Of a stretch of 34,424 bases of DNA, positions 29,792 through 34,424 are shown piece by piece. The DNA lies in IMG/VR virus record IMGVR_UViG_3300045988_092413, positions 1 through 34,424 of that record, one strand, 5' to 3'. The notes under the pieces were generated by a model. It was not told the origin of the DNA. It worked only from the letters and a program-made list of their open reading frames with translations, and ran no database searches. The position numbers and the translations under genes are program-made. The DNA is from a virus. How positions within the stretch are numbered: position 1 is the stretch's first letter; the number at the start of each line of letters is the position of its first letter.

Positions 29792-31009
29792 TCAGGCCGC
29801 CTGCACGTCCACGATGCGCAGCAGCTCCGGCTGCTCGATCTGGATGTCGTAGTAAGTGGACAGGACAAAGTCTGTCGTGCGCGCCTTGGCATGACGCTCC
29901 GTCTCGTAGGCAATCGGGCTGTCGTAGTTAAGGTGGATCGTCTTGAGGTTGCCGACAATCGGCTTATCCACATAGCTGCTGATAACCGGCGTGAAGCCAA
30001 TGATCTGGCGGGTCGGATCGCTAAAGAGCGCCACCGCGCCGTTGGCCAGCGTCTTAATCATGCCCATCCAGTCGCTCATCTTGAGCGCGACCTTGTAGAC
30101 GCCCTGCGGGCGGGTCGGCAGCTCAGAGAGCGCCGTCATAATGCCGTCCAGCAGGTCAGTCTTGCTGGTCGTGGTCTTCACGCCGACGCCGCTGTCGTAG
30201 ACGCTCATATGGGTGTAGTTGCCGGTCGCGCTCTTGGCAAAAATGCGCTTGCACAGGCGGGCGCGCATCATTTCGGCGTGGCGGGGGTCGATGTAGCTCT
30301 CAATGGCGGTGTTGGTGTCCGTCAGGAGGCTGTTGGGCACGGTTACGGCCTTGGCATACGGATAGCGGCCAAAGGTCAACATGCTGGCGGTCAGGGTCGC
30401 ATCCGGCGCATCCGTACCGTCGGCCACATCGTCGCCGTCCACGTCGGCCGTTGCCACCTTGGGCATCTCCAGCCCGGTGATGCTGGTCGTGGTGATCTCC
30501 GCGAGGATGCTGTCATCATCGACGATATCGCGGATGATCTGATCGCTGACGTTTTTCGGCAGCAGGTAGCCGCCATTTCCGGCAGCGCTGCCGGTCGTCA
30601 CCGTCGGCAGGCTCAGGGCGTTGATCGTCTCCTGCGAGATAGCCGCGCCGGTAATCAGCGCGCGGTACAGGCCGCCAAGCGCCTCGGCGTTATGCTGCGC
30701 GACGCTCTCCAGCTTGCGATTAAATCCGGCCGCCACGCGACCGGCCTGTGCCTGCATCTCAGTCTGCGCGGCCTCCATCGTCTGATCGTAGAGCGCCTTT
30801 TTCTCGGCAATTTGGTTGTAGATTGCTTTGCCGTCCTCGGCCTTTGCGCCGTCCGCGCCGACCTTATCAGCCAACTGGCCGCGCAGCGCCTTGATTTCGC
30901 CCGCCAGCGTCTGCGCCTGCGTCAAAAGAGCGTTGACATCCACCTTAGCCCATACGCGGGCAGTTGTCTGCTTCGCCAGATAGCGCATACGCGCGTTCAT
31001 CTTTTTCAT
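29792..31009 (-). CDS. Major capsid protein, HK97 family
   Basis: 405 aa. N-terminal coiled-coil delta-domain-like region, then an HK97-type body. Follows the ClpP-type protease. Confidence 0.9.
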   Translation of the reverse strand: MKKMNARMRYLAKQTTARVWAKVDVNALLTQAQTLAGEIKALRGQLADKVGADGAKAEDGKAIYNQIAEKKALYDQTMEAAQTEMQAQAGRVAAGFNRKLESVAQHNAEALGGLYRALITGAAISQETINALSLPTVTTGSAAGNGGYLLPKNVSDQIIRDIVDDDSILAEITTTSITGLEMPKVATADVDGDDVADGTDAPDATLTASMLTFGRYPYAKAVTVPNSLLTDTNTAIESYIDPRHAEMMRARLCKRIFAKSATGNYTHMSVYDSGVGVKTTTSKTDLLDGIMTALSELPTRPQGVYKVALKMSDWMGMIKTLANGAVALFSDPTRQIIGFTPVISSYVDKPIVGNLKTIHLNYDSPIAYETERHAKARTTDFVLSTYYDIQIEQPELLRIVDVQAA

Positions 31010-31024
31010 GTTTTTTCGTCCTCC

Positions 31025-31792
31025 TCACATGTCGGCGATCAGCGCGTCGGCCATCGCCAGATAGTCGTTTTTATCCTCATCGCCCGCCGAGTTCGGCTTG
31101 GGCGACTTTTCTGCCGCTTTTCGCGGCGCGATATGCAGCGCCGAGCGCACGCGGCGCACATCCTCAACAGACATGGCGACGTAGCGATCGCGCAGCGCGG
31201 CCATCGCCTGCGTCTCCTCATCGTCGTCCTCCTCCGCCGGGTCGATGATCTCATCGCACAGACCGGCGTTCAGCGCCTCGGTCGGGGACAGGTAGCGTTC
31301 GGCGTCCAGCATGGCACGCAGCTCTTCTTCTGCGCACGTCGCGCGCTGCATGTAGATATCCACCATGACGCTCCCAATCGCGTCGAGCACCTCGGCCTGC
31401 TTGCGCATCTCCTCGGCGTTGCCGTAGGCCCAGCTCCATGGGTTGTGGATCATCATCATGCTGGCGCGGCACATCTGGAGTTTGCCGGGATCGGCGGCCA
31501 TCGCGATATAGCTTGCCGCGCTGGCCGCAAGCCCCATCACGCGCACGGTCGTTCCGCCCTTCCGGGCGGCGAGCATGTTGTAAATCTCAAATCCGGCAAA
31601 AACGTCGCCGCCGGGGCTGTTGATCGAGACAATGATGTCCTGTCCATCATGCGCATCGAGCGCCGCGCGGAAGGCTTTGGGCGTGACTGCGTCGCTGTAC
31701 CAGTCCGATCCGGTGTCAATCACGCCGTCGATGGCCAGCGTCGGCGTGTCGCCATCGTCGATCCACGCGTAAAAGGGTTGATTTTTCGGCAT
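31025..31792 (-). CDS. Prohead maturation protease, ClpP (S14) family
   Basis: INSPGGDVFAG, GLAASAASYI (Ser), MIHNPW (His). Acidic C-terminal tail. Confidence 0.9.
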   Translation of the reverse strand: MPKNQPFYAWIDDGDTPTLAIDGVIDTGSDWYSDAVTPKAFRAALDAHDGQDIIVSINSPGGDVFAGFEIYNMLAARKGGTTVRVMGLAASAASYIAMAADPGKLQMCRASMMMIHNPWSWAYGNAEEMRKQAEVLDAIGSVMVDIYMQRATCAEEELRAMLDAERYLSPTEALNAGLCDEIIDPAEEDDDEETQAMAALRDRYVAMSVEDVRRVRSALHIAPRKAAEKSPKPNSAGDEDKNDYLAMADALIADM

Positions 31793-31795
31793 TTT

Positions 31796-33037
31796 TTAGT
31801 CCTTTCCGGCGGCGCTGTTGTGCTCGCCGTTAATGGTATTGAGGTCAATCGTCGCGCCCTTAGCGACCAGGTTGACCGGCGCAAGGTCTTTGCTGACAAG
31901 CAGCGTGTCGCCGCCATCCTTGGGCGCAAGCCCCAAATCCGCCCGCGCCTCGTTGGGTGTGAGCTGGCCGTTGCGGATGCGTGTCTGCACCAGATTGGCG
32001 CGCGCCTGCGCGTTGGCCTTGAGGTATGCGTCCACCTCGACGGCAAAACGCCATCCGTCCGCGCGCTCCTGCGGCGTCAACAGCCACCAATCAAGCTCCT
32101 GCTTCCATTCTTCAACGCGCGGCAGCATCGTCGTCGTCAAAAACTCAAGGTTTTGCTCTTCGGCCGTGGCTTTGCTTTGCGCGCCGCTGTCGCCCAGCAG
32201 CGCCGCGGGCATACCGTAGACCATCGCCACGCGCGACCTCGTGATCTGATCGACTGTCTTTGTGCCAGCGTCAAAGGGCGACGTGGTGACATTGGAGAGC
32301 TTCACGCCGGACTCCAGCGCCAAAACCTTTCCGCCGCTCTGCTTGTACAGGGCGAGGGTCTCCTCTACGCTCTTCTGCCGATGCTCACCGGCCAGCGTCG
32401 CGGGGTACTCCAAGACGATGGCCTTATTGATGCTTTTGAGGTTTTCAAGGCTAAACGCCTTGACCTCCTCGTTATATTGGATCGACCCGCGCAGCAGCGA
32501 GACAGGATCAACGCTTGTGATGCCGTCCGTGCTGGAAAACAATAGCGGCATAACAAAAAAGCGAGGTAAATACTCAACCTCGCCGTCATCCCGCTGGATA
32601 GCGTACCAGACCTCTCGGGTCACATCGTCGATCAGCGGCGTTACGCGCGATGCGTCCACCGGTTCAATCGCCGCGAGCTGAAAAGCGTCGTCATACCGTT
32701 TGACCGCATAAGCGCGTCCCAGCGTGTTGCGGCCAATCTCCATGGCCAGCTTAAAGGCATAGGCGCTCTGGCGCGCATTGGCGCGCACGCCGACCAACTG
32801 CGCGCGCGGGTCGTCCACCACGCGCTCCCAGCCGTGCATCAGCACGATGGGCATCAGCGCAAACGCTTTGCTGATGCGGTTAATCGCGCCCGTGATGACG
32901 TCGCTGGTCGCCATCTCCATTTGCGCCCGCGAATAGGTCTGCGGCCACAGCAGGCGCGCGCCGTCGCGCGGCGCATCCCGTGCCCTTTTGCCCTGCGCAC
33001 GCGCCCGCTTTGCGGGTGTGCGTGTTGTCTTGCTCAT
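31796..33037 (-). CDS. Portal protein, HK97 family
   Basis: 413 aa. Phage_portal-like pattern. RBS AAGGAGGA. Precedes the protease and capsid genes. Confidence 0.88.
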   Translation of the reverse strand: MSKTTRTPAKRARAQGKRARDAPRDGARLLWPQTYSRAQMEMATSDVITGAINRISKAFALMPIVLMHGWERVVDDPRAQLVGVRANARQSAYAFKLAMEIGRNTLGRAYAVKRYDDAFQLAAIEPVDASRVTPLIDDVTREVWYAIQRDDGEVEYLPRFFVMPLLFSSTDGITSVDPVSLLRGSIQYNEEVKAFSLENLKSINKAIVLEYPATLAGEHRQKSVEETLALYKQSGGKVLALESGVKLSNVTTSPFDAGTKTVDQITRSRVAMVYGMPAALLGDSGAQSKATAEEQNLEFLTTTMLPRVEEWKQELDWWLLTPQERADGWRFAVEVDAYLKANAQARANLVQTRIRNGQLTPNEARADLGLAPKDGGDTLLVSKDLAPVNLVAKGATIDLNTINGEHNSAAGKD

Positions 33038-33432
33038 CCTTTGTCGTCCTCCTTTGCCATCAGGTCATAAGGCTGGCCGTCCGCATCCAGGCCAAACCCG
33101 CGTGTAGCAGACAGCGGCCAGTAGTGTCGCTTCTGCTCGGCCACATAGGTTTCCGGGCCGAGTGCGTCGAGCGCCCAGCCTGCCTTACGCAGCGCATGAT
33201 AGAGCGCAAAACGCGCCTTTTCCGCTTCCGCCAGCGCGTCGCGCGTGCGGATCACGACGAGATCATAGGTGACGCGCACACGTACAGGCCGATTTCCGGC
33301 GCTCTGTCCAAAATCATCTGCGCGCGGCCGATATCCGATTGCCACGCCGTCCAGCTTGGCCGTATAGGGCCAGTGTCCATATGGCAAGCCGACGCCTTTC
33401 AGCGCGCGGCCGATGCACTCCTCCGGGGTCAT
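33034..33432 (-). CDS. Putative tail completion / neck protein
   Basis: 132 aa, ATGA-coupled to both neighbours. The family assignment (DUF3168-like) is tentative. Confidence 0.45.
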   Translation of the reverse strand: MTPEECIGRALKGVGLPYGHWPYTAKLDGVAIGYRPRADDFGQSAGNRPVRVRVTYDLVVIRTRDALAEAEKARFALYHALRKAGWALDALGPETYVAEQKRHYWPLSATRGFGLDADGQPYDLMAKEDDKG

Positions 33433-33845
33433 GCCATCCCTCCTTGCAGCTCCATGATGATGGAGTTGACTTTTTTTGTTGCTTTCCGGGTGCCAGCCTT
33501 AAACCATCGCCGCGCAGCCATGTCTGTGCGGCCATACTCCAGCACAAAGCCGACGGTTTCAGCGCGCCGCGGCTTGCCGCGCGTGCCGGTATATGTGCCC
33601 TGCGGCCAGACCTCGATCATCGCCGCGTCGCCCGTAAAGAGCGTCGGGCCAGGCTTGACCATGTCTTCGAGCGGCAGGCTAGGTTTTTTGCCCTTAAACT
33701 TTTTTGCGCCCTCGTCTCTGACGCTTTCGGCGGTCGCTTCCGCGGCCATCTCCATGACCTTGCGGATGCGCCCCTCAAGCGTCGCGTCGTTTTTAAGCTC
33801 CCGGATCGTCAGACCGTTCAGGCCGTCCACCACGATCTTGGCCAT
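33429..33845 (-). CDS. HK97 gp10-family head-tail protein
   Basis: FVLEYGRTDMAARRWF matches the vEfGT...PFl signature of the gp10 family. 138 aa. Confidence 0.65.
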   Translation of the reverse strand: MAKIVVDGLNGLTIRELKNDATLEGRIRKVMEMAAEATAESVRDEGAKKFKGKKPSLPLEDMVKPGPTLFTGDAAMIEVWPQGTYTGTRGKPRRAETVGFVLEYGRTDMAARRWFKAGTRKATKKVNSIIMELQGGMA

Positions 33846-34189
33846 CAGATCACCACCGTGTGCTTGCTCTCAGCCAGGGACGCGCGCGCCTTGATCCAGC
33901 GGCCGTCATTGTAGACAGCGTCGCGGTTGCGTATCTCATACTCGCCGCCATGCCACACGATAACATCGTCCTCCAAAAGTTCCCGCGCCCGCATGGTAAA
34001 CGTCTTGGTATGCAGCACGCCTGCCGCCTCGGCAGTGTCAAACTCTTTGTCGCTCTCATCACGCACACAGGCGCTTGTGACGGCGACCTCCCGGTACAAA
34101 TCCGGGTCATAGCCGCCATCGTTGGGGCCGATGCGCCGCAAAATGCGCACCGTGTGCCGCAGCATGTTGCGGCGTTGATCTCCTGCCAT
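33845..34189 (-). CDS. Head closure / head-tail adaptor protein (Phage_H_T_join-like)
   Basis: ATG 34189 after AAGGGGGA. LRHTVRIL...TFTMRARELLEDDVIVWHGGEYEIRNRD fits the adaptor family pattern. Confidence 0.65.
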   Translation of the reverse strand: MAGDQRRNMLRHTVRILRRIGPNDGGYDPDLYREVAVTSACVRDESDKEFDTAEAAGVLHTKTFTMRARELLEDDVIVWHGGEYEIRNRDAVYNDGRWIKARASLAESKHTVVI

Positions 34190-34199
34190 AAGTTCCCCC

Positions 34200-34424
34200 T
34201 TATAGGTCAAAAATGATCGGTCGGCTGTCTCGATAGCTGTCGCCGGGGATGATCCTATCCTCCATCCGCAGGATGTAAGCGTTCATCCCCGCCATAAAGC
34301 CGTCAATTTTTTTTTGCGCGTTTTGATGCGCGCCCGCGCGCTTGGTCGGGTACCAGTTTTCCTTTTCCTGCGCAAAAAAATCCGCCTTTAGGCGGACATT
34401 GCGAAGGAACCAGGCGTACATCTC
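34200..34424 (-). CDS. terL: Terminase large subunit, 3' end (C-terminal about 74 aa; same gene as 1..1619 across the circular junction)
   Basis: ORF 34200..34421 begins with the peptide encoded at 1-119 on the minus strand. Contains KIDGFMA, typical of the terminase nuclease C-terminus. Combined gene is about 577 aa. Confidence 0.9.
   Translation of the reverse strand, partial: EMYAWFLRNVRLKADFFAQEKENWYPTKRAGAHQNAQKKIDGFMAGMNAYILRMEDRIIPGDSYRDSRPIIFDL
34306..34424. repeat. Second copy of the 119-bp terminal direct repeat
   Basis: Identical to 1-119. Confidence 0.95.

Larger units (their letters stand above)
1..34424. mobile_element. Complete temperate tailed-phage genome (siphovirus-type, HK97-like morphogenesis module, serine-integrase lysogeny module), circularly closed; unit length 34305 bp
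   Basis: Lysogeny, replication, packaging, head, tail and lysis modules fill the window with no host-like genes. Window ends overlap by 119 identical bases. Confidence 0.9.

Noticed and set aside
29964-29972. Third perfect DnaA box TTATCCACA
   Set aside because: It is a single copy inside the capsid coding sequence, with no AT-rich element or iterons nearby. It is most simply a chance occurrence.
29891-32545. 884-aa plus-strand ORF
   Set aside because: It is antisense to the capsid, protease and portal genes. It has no RBS and an Arg/Gly/Ala-rich composition.
1-34424. tRNA, rRNA or tmRNA genes
   Set aside because: Scanning the non-coding gaps by eye (2427-2612, 10685-10872, 11716-12479, 14097-14314, 20550-20763) found no cloverleaf-like arrangement. 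This is a by-eye check only, and tRNAscan-SE would settle it.

Overview
The window is a complete, circularly closed temperate siphovirus-type (HK97-fold) phage genome of about 34.3 kb. No host flanks are visible. Bases 1-119 are identical to 34306-34424, and the terminase large-subunit gene runs across that junction. Almost all genes are on the minus strand. Only a short XRE-type cI-like repressor and a large serine recombinase are on the plus strand. The very long plus-strand ORFs in the track are GC-driven antisense artefacts. Minus-strand transcription order is: (1) a cro-like gene and small early genes, several of them zinc-ribbon or Lar-like; (2) a 993-aa primase-helicase fusion, a beta-helix protein of 35 hexapeptide repeats, a DUF3102-like protein and a sigma-region-4-like putative late regulator; (3) a 10-bp phased repeat array plus an intrinsic terminator; (4) HNH, terS, terL, then head-closure, gp10-like and tail-completion genes, unusually placed before the portal; (5) portal, ClpP-type protease, HK97 capsid, connector, major tail protein, a -1 frameshifted chaperone pair, tape measure, Dit, Tal and a BppU-type fibre; (6) NlpC/P60-SH3 endolysin and holin; (7) a terminator-insulated accessory region driven by three near-identical consensus promoters. 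The strongest hunting results are: (a) an identical 26-nt hairpin element present once inside the primase gene and once, inverted, abutting the serine-recombinase RBS, in the same reading frame relative to both ORFs; (b) a 750-bp non-coding hub (11716-12463) holding an array of cI/cro-type operator palindromes, 11 TGTTACG repeats around an AT-rich core, and two perfect DnaA boxes; (c) the triplicated promoter cassettes driving uncharacterised, translationally coupled accessory genes; (d) a phased GGGGTA array with a Q-like promoter-proximal terminator before the packaging operon. All functional calls come from reading translations and motifs by eye. No database search was run.
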